This document shows positions 50,101 to 61,839 of a stretch of DNA of 64,000 nt, piece after piece. How positions within the stretch are numbered: the first letter of the stretch is position 1; each line of letters opens with the position of its first letter. The position numbers and the translations under genes are program-made. The notes beneath the pieces were generated by a model. That model saw only the letters and a list, made by a program, of their open reading frames with translations, was not told the origin of the DNA and did not search any database. Location of the stretch: assembly GCA_036172245.1 (NCBI GenBank), contig JAYWIR010000012.1, positions 744,001-808,000 on the forward strand, written 5' to 3'. This DNA comes from Raillietiella orientalis (Eukaryota).

Positions 50101-53100
50101 GCACACTGAAAAAAGAAGGGCTGTCAGTGTTTGTTTGTTTCCTCTTCGAGTTAAATTCTCTTCATGAATCAGTTTTGCAACCCAACCACACACTGTTAGA
50201 ACCGATTTCCAATAAGTCGACTTCGCTCAAAGATTCGTGGACTTCCATTAAGCAAATGAGTGACAGAGATAGGAAGTCATTTAAGAGTACTGTGCCCCTG
50301 AGCGTATGATCCTGCTTTCTGATCCTGCTTGATGTTTTCTCTTCCTTTATCACCTGAACTGAGAGAGCATTTCCCTCTCTCCATTCGAAATTCCATGGCT
50401 GCTTGATAGCCATCCTTTTCTGTGCCTTCGCAATGAAAGCTCACTCGTCACAAGATTAATGAGAGAAGGGAAGGCCAAAGCACAGTAATTGTATTTCTCG
50501 TCAGGAACCGTTGCGCTTCCGCAGCAGTCAAAGCTTGGAGCCTTTCCGTCTTCCTAAACAGAGACTGGCCAACGATTTCCACGTATTTCTGCGTCGCAGT
50601 TACGTCAAGTCTCGTGTGTCAGGACCGAGTCCATCTGGAACGTCTTCAATTTTAGGACGTTTCAGCAACACATTCCTGGACAATATAATGTTGCTCTTCT
50701 TAACGCAACTACGCGATGCTCTGCACAAGTGTTTTCTGCAAATGAGCAGTTCCGTCAGAAAAGATATTCTGGAAGTCTCAAAGATAGGTGATAACATGAC
50801 TGAAGAGAGAATTGTCCGGAAATAAGATTCCTCCAACCTTCGCAGAAAGAGGGCACGGCACAGAAGAACTGAGGAGGGTGCAAACTGCAAATAAAAAGAG
50901 AACAAAAGGTGTAAATAGGAAGCTCCAGTAGGAAGTCACAGTAGGTTTCCAAGCGAGCTGGAATCGGCAGAACTCATGGTTGTTTCAATGCAAGGAAATT
51001 CAAGGATCAACAAACTTGTGATTCCTAGGGCTCATGGAAGCAAAAAGAAATAAATCACTGATTCGGAAAGCATTTTAAAGTCAACATTCCTGCAGAAGTA
51101 ATCCTCCTATGTTGCTAGGATATTTCATCATCCTTGAACTCTCTCGTTCTTGCAGCCTCATACGATTCAGCGGAATCCATGTAATGCCAAGCTCATGTAA
51201 TAATTTTTAAAAGTTTCAGGAAATGCATTTCGAATGGTACGTATGGATTCAAATGAGTGATTCCAATCTGCCTTTCATGGTAGCACGCCAGTTTTCTTTC
51301 TTTTTCCTATGATGATGCTCCCAGGAAATCACATGCAATGTCAAGCACAATCCGTTTTCTTCTCTGTGCGTAGCGTGCTGTTGTACATTCTAGATAGGAG
51401 AAAGATATTCTGGAGAGCATAAGGATAATCCATGAGTGGATCAGTGATGGCAGTGTGAAACACCACATATCTTTCACCCGTCTACCAGCCGCAACTTCGC
51501 TGTGACCACAAACACATTACAAAAATTCGATTTCAGATCAAACATTAATGAGGATGAATGCTGGCAACAAACACCACTGACCAGATAAGGAAAATTGAGA
51601 AAAGCGACATTCACTCTGCCACGGATGACGTCCCTGATACTGAAAAACTTGTAGGTGGTATTAAGCAAGGGAACACTATGAAGTAATCACTGGACTTACG
51701 TAAACCATGCATGCATTCACAGACATTTTTCAATGCTAAGCTTGATTGCACGATACTGGCGCACCTGTTGAACACCAAGAACACGGAACCCATCAAACAG
51801 TGGTGAGAACACCGTAAAAAGAGAAATATAGCTCTTTAATGAGAACATCACAGAGACCAAGGGCCGTCTTCACCTGAAAAATGGTAAACCGCAAATCTAG
51901 ATAACTGTCAGGAAAACGTCACATTGCACCTTCCAGAAATAATGTCAATAGAAACAACCCTGGAACTGTACAATGACCAGTCGGGAATTTCTTATGCTCC
52001 AGACTCCAAAGAGCCTGGCAGATGCCGCGCTCACTTAACTCGGAAAGCCTTCGGATGGTTTCAGCTCATCTTCATGATGAAACTTCTTCAACTTTATGCG
52101 GATGGAGTGCTAGCCGATGATTAATCAGCTCCAGGAAACTGTGGAATCGAAACTGCCTCCTTCCCCATTGCCTATGTTGGAACCCATTTGATAGAATCTC
52201 TCGAAGAACGCGGCTGCATTTAATCGATAAGAAGAGCGAAAAGCTTCATTAATTATGAGAGTGGATCGGAGAGGACTCGTTCGACTGGACGAAACCTACC
52301 ACTGCCAACAGCATTTGGATTTAAAATTTGAAAGCCTACACGAACATATGAGCTCATCACATCCCAAGGTACCCTTCGAAAACTTCCTCTGAAATCCAAA
52401 AGATTTACTATAGCAGCCCAAGAATATAAAAACCAATAACTCACTGCCTCAAACGGAAGAAGGGCTGCTGAGGGAAACTGCTGAACTCAGAAGCTCGTCA
52501 TTAGCGTGCACAGCGATCATTTCCTTCATCAAAAAGAGCCATTGGCATTCTCTCCGTGCTTAAACTGTGGACATGATCCACACGAAATTCCTATGTACTG
52601 AATGGTTGGTACTGAAATCCATGCATCCAAAAGTTCCGAATTCATTCCCGAAACTTTGACTGCAAAATACTGCAGCTTGCTATTAAAACGAGAATTGGAA
52701 AAGACGAGATGGAAAGTCGGGCCAAGCAATGAGTAAGATGAACGAGCTGCAGGAGCAGCATGCACCTGAAAACCGTAACACCCAAGCACTACGTTAAATT
52801 TGGTATTATCACCTGCAGAAAGATGACAAAGCAACGCACGTCCTCGATTCTAGCTCAGATCCCGTCCGCCTCCTCAGAGCAACCTTTCACGTTCATCTGT
52901 GTGTGTTCTGAGGATCATTTGCGACCATTGAAGATCCTGCTAGGACATCCAGTCAACTGGTCCAAGGCGGTCGCTGCATCCCAACATCGTTCTAGAGCGC
53001 AGAGCATACAGCTGCTGGATTCGTTTCAGGTAAATATGAATCAAAGACTTCTACTTTTGTTTCCCATCAAATGACGTAAGGATAAAGTCTCAGAATAAAA

Positions 53101-56100
53101 GCAAAGCCGACAGCAAACAGTTGATGATGATCACATGCAGTGATTGATTGAAGAATTAGCTGCACCCCAACGCGGCTGCAAGGCTACGACTCGATTGCGA
53201 AAAGAAAATGCACAAAAATGACCGAAATCATTCAATAGTTTATAGAAATCAGAGAATGATAAATGCAGTGAGCCTTCCATGTGGTCACCTGACACTCCTT
53301 TATAGCAAGGCCGAGATGAAGTCGCAGTTTAGCATTGGTCTGAAGCACAATCGAGGACTGTACCACTTTCAGAAGATTTTCTGTCAGAATGAAGAAAAAC
53401 TTGTTGAAATTTTGAATCATGGAAACTGTGTCCAGAAGATGCCATGCAAAAGAAAGCAAGTGTGGATCAGAAGCAGCGTTGCAAATCAATCCTAATGGAT
53501 AACCAGCAAGTCTGTGCTTCTAAAATTGATCACATTGCCCGAAGAGGGGACCTCTGTTATTCTGGCAGCTCCTACCTTTTGTGCATTGCTGGAAGGTCAG
53601 TGAGGGTAGTGAGCAAATGCATTCACCGAAATGATTTCAATACATCATCTCTTCTCAAAGAGACCTCTGAACCAACTCCCGCTCTCGCTTCGTTGTTTTG
53701 GGTACGAAGAGCAGAAACATTTTCTACCTTCCGGAATAGTTCTGGTCCAGAAGCTTTGGGAGCGCCTTTCGCCTCCTGAACGTCGTGCTTCCTCCAGTGG
53801 TACAACAGCTGATCAGCATGGTTTCCTCTTTCGTGCATCTCAACTGTGCACTCTGATGGGTAGCCTTGCAAACGATGCGACTTCTCAAGATCCGTTCTCT
53901 TATCTGCGAAGAGTGTAGCAGATCCACAAACAGGTTGCACTGCAAATTCAATTGGAAGAACAGCGACCCCTGCGGGAGACGGACTGATTCATTCTGCAAA
54001 ACATTCTGAGTAGCATAGGAAAATAGCAACTCTGGAAAAATTGTCCGATTACTGTTCATCTTGCTAACTGCTCCTTGGACCCACAAAGCAAATGCTTTTG
54101 ATGGGCGTTCTCATTCGATCCTCCTTTCAGGAAGAGCTCAGCGAGCAGCAGCAGATTTGAGATGAAGTTTTTCCTGGGATTCCTCTTTGCTCACGTCGGC
54201 TGTCTCTTAGGAGAAGCCACCAGGTACAGCACTGCATCTCACATTATTTTGAGCACTCTTCGAGAGTTGCTTCTATGGAAGCTCTGCATATGCGTCTTCC
54301 AACGCGCATCTCCCTGTCTATAACTTGCTGATTCCAAGGGTTCGCGTCTCGAGACCACAATTCTCAAATAAGGGTTGGATGCTGATTTCAGTACACAAAA
54401 TGACGTACGAATTTCGCTGACCTCTCATTAGAGAAAGTTTGGTCAGTCAATTTCATATGATATAATCCCATGATTTGCAATTGGGTACTCTCTTCCTGTC
54501 TTGTCGGAATCGCTCGTGGTGCAACCCGGATGGAGTTGCATACCTCACCTTCACCACAACTTCCTGCCTTTGCGCTGATACAGGAGCCCACCTGTGCCTC
54601 TCTTCATCATATGTATTCTAAGACTCGGGCTGGAGGAAGTGCGCGGGTGGTTTCCGCGACCACCTTGCTTTCTCGCAGGCACGTGGGTGCAACGAGAAAG
54701 CAAGGTATGGGAGGTCGCCTTTTTCCTCGCTTTCTCTGGTATGGCGTTTTTTTCTGAGACGCTCTCTTCCCCATTCGAAGACTGAATAAACCTTTTCCTT
54801 TCTGATTTGCATTACAATGGAATGGTTCACTTGGATTTTGCATTAGCAGTGTCTTGCTCTGAGTTGAAATTAAATTGCACGTGTTCTCCTTTCTTCCATG
54901 GAAGCAGATTCCAAAAGCGACCAAATAGAAAATTTTCCCCATTGTCTGTGTGAAAGTCCACTTTCAATTTTCCAAACTGACTGCAATCTTATTCCATCAG
55001 GTTTTCTTATCTTGGAACGCCCTCGGAGAAATCAGAGGTACTGCGCGCTGTCCATGAGGAAGGGGAATTGAATTACATGTGCCCTTGCACGGGCAAGGAA
55101 GCAAGAAGTCGAGTCAAGACGTATGAAATACCCATCTTTAGCGATGACAGGGTGAGTGGATATACAAGTGTATTCGAGCACCAGTGGTTATGGCGCTTCC
55201 GATTAGCACACCATTCTAACAGCAGTCTTGACTTCCAAGCTGTTGAACGCATTCAACTGGAAGCTTCGTAACTATCGATACCGGCGCAGGAAAGCATCAG
55301 TTAGAAGGGGTTCAAGGATTGTGAAATTCGCGCTTCATCTACGAGATTTTATCATTGCACGGGAGGACCACGTCGCTTCTGGTGGTTGCGCGTCAACTGT
55401 CCACGGAAACGCTTTTAAGTTAAAAGGTGGCCTGGGCGGCGTCCCGTGATTTCGCAGTGGCTGCTTGATGCTGGTGGGTAATTTCAGAATCGCAGATGGT
55501 TCCTTGCGTCAACAACCACGAGACCAATGGGGTGCTTCGGTGCATTTCGTACACTCGCACTAGGATCTTGCACCACTCGAGAAAGAGTTTTCAGACAACT
55601 CTGTCTGATCACGGATTGTACGAAATTAAATAAGCTCCGTATAGGAGAGCACCTGTTCAAATATGGTGGTATCGTGGGTGGTCGGGAGTGAGGAGAACAA
55701 TGTGGTTACCGTGGGTGGAATCATGGAGCGATGTCTTGTATTTTGAGCGCGTGCGAAATCGAACGTTACAGAGGGTTGATTGAGCGTATGGAATCCGCAA
55801 GAATGCCCCGCTGAGCTTCTTTTTCTCTTTTGCAGAAGCACTACTTGAAGATGCAAATAGGACAGCCTCAGAAAACTGTCCTTCTTCTTCCAACTGCGGA
55901 AATATTTGACCTCATGGTTGTTTCGGATGATTCCTCTGATGATAAAGGTTATCACCGTAACTTTCTAAAAATGAAAACGAGCAAGTTTTGCTTTTCAGAT
56001 AAAACTTCGAAATATAGAACTTCCAGCTCAAAAACGTTTATACTGCAAGAAATGGAAGAGGCAGTTCATGATTTAGCAGTGGACGCCATTGGAAAGGAAG

Positions 56101-59100
56101 AGATTAAAGTGGGTTCTCGTGGAGATATTCTGTGCTTATTCATATGCCCTCAGTCCAGGAGCCGTTCTGATGGCTCCTTGACCGAGCAGTCCGGTTGTTC
56201 AACAGCGAGATTCTTTGCTTCCTTAACGGCTTTCAAATCTAAAAACTCTTACTGAAATTCCAATGCACCACCTAGTACTTGCATATCTTAAAAGGATGGA
56301 TTGTTTAAGCCTGAAAATGGGAAAAATTGCGCATTTTCTGTGGTCCCGTTCACAACATGGGAAACTTTTTCTGTGCTAGTACTGGTGGTTGGATAGTGCA
56401 AGTGCATACGCGCTTCTGAGCCTCGTTTAGAGAGACTCAATCCGCGCATTTCAAGCTTTGAGTTCGGAATACGAAATGCTTCTATTCTTCCCGTTGGAAA
56501 ATGCAACTGTTGTGTACTTTTAGGTTGCAGATCGTATTTTCAGAAATGTTACTTTCACCGTAGTGAAGAGAAGTGAAGCTGAGAACATAGGGATTCCTGA
56601 AACGTTCGATGGGTTCCTAGGACTCAGTCCACCTACCATGCACGCACATCTGTCGACGACAGTATTTCTTTACAAATTCTCACACCTGATACCTTTTCCG
56701 CTAGGCATGAGGTTCAGTTTTCACTGGTACAGGTAAGATGCTGAAGAAAAATGATTCATTCCTATGAAGAAACTCATGTTCTTAAAACGAGTCCGCTGAT
56801 TAGCCCCACTGAATTGCTCGAGATGAGATTGCCTTTTTTTCTTCTTTGTCGACAAAGCAAAGTTGATGCTGGCAACGTCTTTTATATGCTAGGAAGGAAA
56901 TTGCACACATAACATCCGGCAAGCTTCTGATCGAAGTACAAGGAGCCTTTTTTATTTTTGTACATTTCATTCTGGCCGAACTCGACTCACGTGTCGGAAC
57001 CACGTGAGTCCTCTGCTTGTACGAGCACAGTAGCCTTTCTTGAGACAGAATCCATGAAGTCAAAAACGGCTCCAGCAGCAATCAAAAGAACTCCTTTTCC
57101 TAGTTTCTGCTTTTTTTTCTTCTGTAGCCATGCGTAATCAGAACTCGTGAGGGAAACATTTTGCTTTCGAGAAAAGGCAGCTGAACTCCCTGATTCTCTT
57201 CCGCATGCTCTTCCTGCTTGTTTCATTTTCATAGACTTCTGTGATGGGAAAAGATTCCTGTTGCTTCATTTGTTCCCACTGTGCGCACCGTAGATGCGAG
57301 GTGCATCCTGATTCGTCCTGCTGATCTTCCACTCACTCTTGCCATTAATTTCAAGCAAGAAAGCCAAATCAACACTTTTGCGGAAACGCAAAACACGACG
57401 AGCAGGTTTTCCAATTTGTCTACTTTTGGATGATTTTTGATTGTGGTTTCTCCAAACTTCTTGATAAATTCATAAGCTTAATTGAGATTGTCGCAGAGGA
57501 CTTTGATCTCCATGAAGAAGCCCAAATACAATTGCAGTTTGCAAATGAATTCAAAAAAAAACTGCCGAGTTCAGCGGAAGAAGACTGTGATGTAGTAACA
57601 CATTGCATGCATCGGTGGTAGTTGACGACGGAGCAAGAAGCATTAGCAGGCCAAAAATCACAAATTCTTATACGTTGGCGTGAAAAGCCCTTTGTGCAGA
57701 GTTCGTGTCTCACGAGCTCCTGTTGGTTTGTAAGACTAATCGCGCCTTGGAGGAAGACAACGGTGAGCACATGGTGGCTGAAAAAAGCGCAAGTTTCTTC
57801 GTTGGTAAAGGGTTACAAACTCAACGTCAGTTTCGATACACTAGCCCTCCCGGAGGTTGCAAAGTCGTAAAGGAAGTTCACGCACCCTCGACCATTTGGG
57901 TCGATGTGCAGTTCGTTGCACGTTGGTAAGGCTGAGAAGACACGCCGAAGGAAGACAACAAGAGGGCAAAGGACGAGTTCTTGTTTGCTATCCAAAAAGC
58001 ATGCTTGCTTGTTGGCAACCGATGTTGATTAGAAACCAAGAACTTCATAAAGGGATCCAGTGAAGTAGCTGCGAAACCAAACTAGAAGCAACTTCCTTTA
58101 TCAGCTTCTTCTTCACTAACTCAAATGACAGTGCTTTCCTCAACCTACTTTGAAAGACCGGATTTTCGTCGAGGCTAGTTGACCCTATGGAAGCGATTTT
58201 TTCTCGTTAGAGATGGGTGAATTTTGATCATTAGAACAACTGATGACGCCACGCTTGACGTTTGCACTTTCCAACCGCTTCCTTCCTTTTTGCAGGCGGC
58301 CACACGGAAATCGCTCAGTTGGAAAGCTTACGATCACAGCGAAGAGGCAGAAAACCGATCCAACCGATCTGCAAATAACCAGCATAGACCAAACATCATG
58401 GATGCTCATGACTGAAAAGTAAGAGATTGTAGACAGATTTGTAGGGAAGTTGCTGACTATTGTCATTCCTTTTGCTAAGCGTGAAATTGGGATCAACGGA
58501 ACTCTGCAGAAGCCATTGTTCTTTCCGTATCTTTTTCGACGATCGTGGTCTTTTTTTTTCCAAGACTACTTACCAAAAATACTCTGAAGGCATAGAAACT
58601 GGAAATAAGAATGGTAAAATCATAGAAGTAAGCAACAAATGTCAGTAGATTTGCTACCACGAGACTGCTAGGTACCTTGTAACAGATCTGAGGATGTTCC
58701 CGAATTCAGTTTTGACATCGGAAATCATCACTTTAGCCTTCTTAGTTCAGATTACATGGAGAAGGTACTGTAGAAATTTCATTTTCGGAAAGAACACAGA
58801 AGTGAAACGATTTCAGGTGAAATCATCCCGTGGTACAGAAGATCTATGCGAAATACTGGTCCAAAGTGATCCTCACCTGAGAGTGGGAGAATTTGGAGTG
58901 GGAGACACTTTCCTGAAAAAGTATCAAACAGAATTTATTCCCATGGAAAGAAAGATGATCATTCGTGGCAACAATTCATAAAGGAATGTCGTTAACAACT
59001 GTCGTGAAATGAAAGTGAATTTTCTTTGAACCCCTGATGCCTGTCATTGGCCTGCATTTTCACTTTCTTCAGTTTACAGGAGCAGATAAACGTCAGCGGA

Positions 59101-59580
59101 GATCAACATTGCAATTGAGGCATTTTTTCAGCTTCACAACAGCTTAGCCCAGCATGCAAGAGGTGCACAGAGTGCATTCTTTAAACGATGCGTCCTTCAC
59201 ATGGCATCGCGATGCTCGCCTAACACCCACCTACATCTTTCACTCACACGGAGACATCAGAATTTGCTTCACAGCCAGCTATATTAGTGGATTCAAAGGG
59301 ACAGAAGAGAGCTCTCCGAAGGAAGCAGAGTGTTTCTTACATTCTAGATAAACGACCCCCCTGAGCAGGAAATCAACCAGATTTGTGGCACTGATGTGGG
59401 GCCCTTTCAAGGGGTTTCAAGTTTCATTCTTATGAGACTGGAGAGGAACACTTTAGAGATACCTCATTTCTCGAAGGACCTTTGAAGTTGGACCCCTAAT
59501 CCCAGTTTGCCAATGAAGGCATCCAGCTTTCACCAGTGCCGTCTCTAAACACAATCGAAGCCATCCAGAGTTATCCACGT
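47150..59580. repeat. Right arm of the large diverged inverted duplication
   Basis: See the left arm 14420-28450. Homology ends where an L1 fragment begins at ~59580. Confidence 0.85.
55001..58981 (+). CDS. Spliced pepsin-like (peptidase A1 fold) protein lacking both catalytic DTG/DSG motifs; paralog of 15065-19779; first exon unresolved
   Basis: Exons 55001-55151, 55836-55947, 55999-56108, 56524-56732, 58296-58418, 58480-58627, 58672-58764 and 58817-58981. Same intron positions and phases as the left paralog; open frame (~369 codons). Motifs YEIPIFSDDR|KHYLKMQIGQP, RNVTFTVV, FDGFLGLS, VKLGSTELCRSHC, VPCN...VPEFSFDIGNHHF...DY and GDTFLKKY. Confidence 0.85.
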
Positions 59581-60495
59581 TCTGCATGGAGCGGCAGTTG
59601 TAAAAGGAGTGCAGTAGTCGCTGCCGCAACTCCGAACACGCTTCCTTGTTCTTGACCCATGTGCGAAGGCTTTCCTGCAGCCAAGCAGAACCACTCGCGG
59701 GCCCGGCAGGAGATCCAGCTGTTCGTACGGATCAGCTTAGCGCCACGTGGAAGCTCCGCTCTTCAACAGAAGAGATGCTGACGTTTGCGGCGCGCTAGGA
59801 AGGTAGACGGTCCCGCGCAGCCGCCGGCTCGCTGAACCAAGTGTCGCGCCGTTTCGCACCAACAGGTACTCCACAGCTTCGCCACTAGGGCTAAAGTCCT
59901 CAACTGGAGCCGCAGCTTCAGCCGCTCCAGCGTCAGAAGGCCTAGGCCTTCGTCGTGACGCGGAGCGCACAAGTCCTTCAGGAGGACTCGGAACCTCCCT
60001 CTGCCAGAAAGGGCAATTCTCAATAGGTCCTTCGTCCGCTTGATTACACCTCTTGGTAGGGACAAACAAAAAGTATGGGCGAAAAAGGGGGGCCACGAAC
60101 GTGGTCTACACCAAGACCCGTTCCAGCAAGAAAAACTTGCCATCCAGGAACGGGCCGATCACCTTCTCAGCCGTTTGAAGACGGCTGGACCACGCCTCCG
60201 CAGGAGAATACTCCTCCAACAGCACACCGAGGTACTTGAAGTACCGCACCGTGGGGATCCCTAGGAGGAACCAGTCCTACTGCTCTGCCCACGCCGAACC
60301 AAATGCTACCAGGGACGACTTCGCTCTGTTCACCTCCAGCCCTGTCCCGCGACGCAGCAGCTCCAAACAGTAATCGACCACGGAAGCCGGGGAGGACATG
60401 GAGAGCAGCAGCAGATCGTCCGAATACGATGACACTGCCGGTGTGCCTAGGCACACGCGCGGCAGGCAACCTAGAGTCTCCCTGTACGCCCTCCG
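59580..60495 (-). mobile_element. L1-like RT/thumb internal fragment
   Basis: GTPAVSSYSDDLLLL, GLEVNRAKS, YFKYLG and LKDLCAPRHDEGLGLLTL. Confidence 0.9.
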
Positions 60496-60810
60496 CACAA
60501 ACTTAAAGAATTTATTTTATCAAACTTTTATTGCGACATTTTGGGTTACATTTTTGTCCTATATAAAGGTCAGTTTTTACTACAAATTTGCGAAGCACAA
60601 TTTTACAGGGGTTTGAAGTGTCTTTGAGTACACAGTTGTTGAGAGGGAACATTTTAATTAGTCTTTTGTATCTGAATCTCATTTAGAGAAACGTCAGTAC
60701 CTGCATAGCTCTTACTATACAAGATGTAGTGGAGCCGTTGAAAAAGTTGTCATCGGCTCGTGCATCTTAGAGAGGTGGCTTTTATGGTCGAAGCTGGATG
60801 CACAGGACGA

Positions 60811-61245
60811 TCACGGATATTTAAGCTTTTTCAGGGAACGTGGAAGCTCCACATTTCGAATTGAGTGGGTACATTTATGAGAGTCGGGGGAATAGTGGAA
60901 CCGTTTTGCAGTAAAATCACATTGGTCACAAAAGCAAGTGGGAGTTAAAGCATGCATACGTGTCATATGGTGCTTCAGGTGACGGGAACTATTGTGCCTT
61001 TCTTCGGCTGAGGAAGCGAATTTACAGTCAGGAATAGGGCATGGGCAAGGACATGCAAGCGAAATGCTAACGTATGAACCACGGTCGGCGTCTAAAAAAG
61101 CGGGTTCCAAAATTGGTTTTTGAACTTCCATGGTTTCATTAAGTGGTGCTCTCATGTTACCAGAGTAACGGGGAACTTTCCACAAACAAGCGCTAACGTA
61201 GGTACGTGAGTGCATGTGAGCACTGCGTTGGGGATACAGGCGCAA
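60811..61245 (-). CDS. Short ORF with a C2H2 zinc finger followed by a CxxC...H-x-C motif (host zinc-finger fragment, or N-terminus of an RLE-type non-LTR element)
   Basis: CPIPDC-x-HLKHHMTRMH then CDQC...SHKC. No RT follows in the window. Confidence 0.45.
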   Translation of the reverse strand: MRLYPQRSAHMHSRTYVSACLWKVPRYSGNMRAPLNETMEVQKPILEPAFLDADRGSYVSISLACPCPCPIPDCKFASSAEERHNSSRHLKHHMTRMHALTPTCFCDQCDFTAKRFHYSPDSHKCTHSIRNVELPRSLKKLKYP

Positions 61246-61839
61246 CTCCAGCTCTGTTGCGCGCGGTAAGAGTTTGGCTTATGCGCGCCACGCGGTCGCG
61301 TCGCCATCTTTAAAAATCAGTGTTGCAAATAAAAAGCAAAAATTCACTAATCGATCAAAACTTTCGGTTAACACAATATTCCAGAAAGCACAGAAAGTGC
61401 TAGTTGTTGCTTGTATTGAGAATTGAAGCTCGAAACTAAGAGTGGAGATCTTGCGATGCTATGCGACGTCCTATTGTGAATCCATTCACGCGTTGTACTG
61501 ATGATTTTGCTTCCGACACATTACGAAAAGGAAAACAAAAACATTTTGGAAGAGATTGAATAGTTCTTCCAAAATATTAAGGTCAAAAGCAACATGGGAA
61601 TAAGTCTTACCTTGGCCAACCAAGAGCTTTCTAGTTGGACCATAGCGGCTGCGGACGGCCAAAGGAGCGCTCTTTTGTTTACCACAATAATCTCTGTATC
61701 ATCATGATTCCTTGTGAACAAGTAAAATACCTAAGTAAAATACACTGAATACAATATAAATACGTAAATGCTTGAAGAAAATTTCATGAAATTTACAATT
61801 AAACTGTCACCTACGGTAACGACACCGAGACACGTCCGC

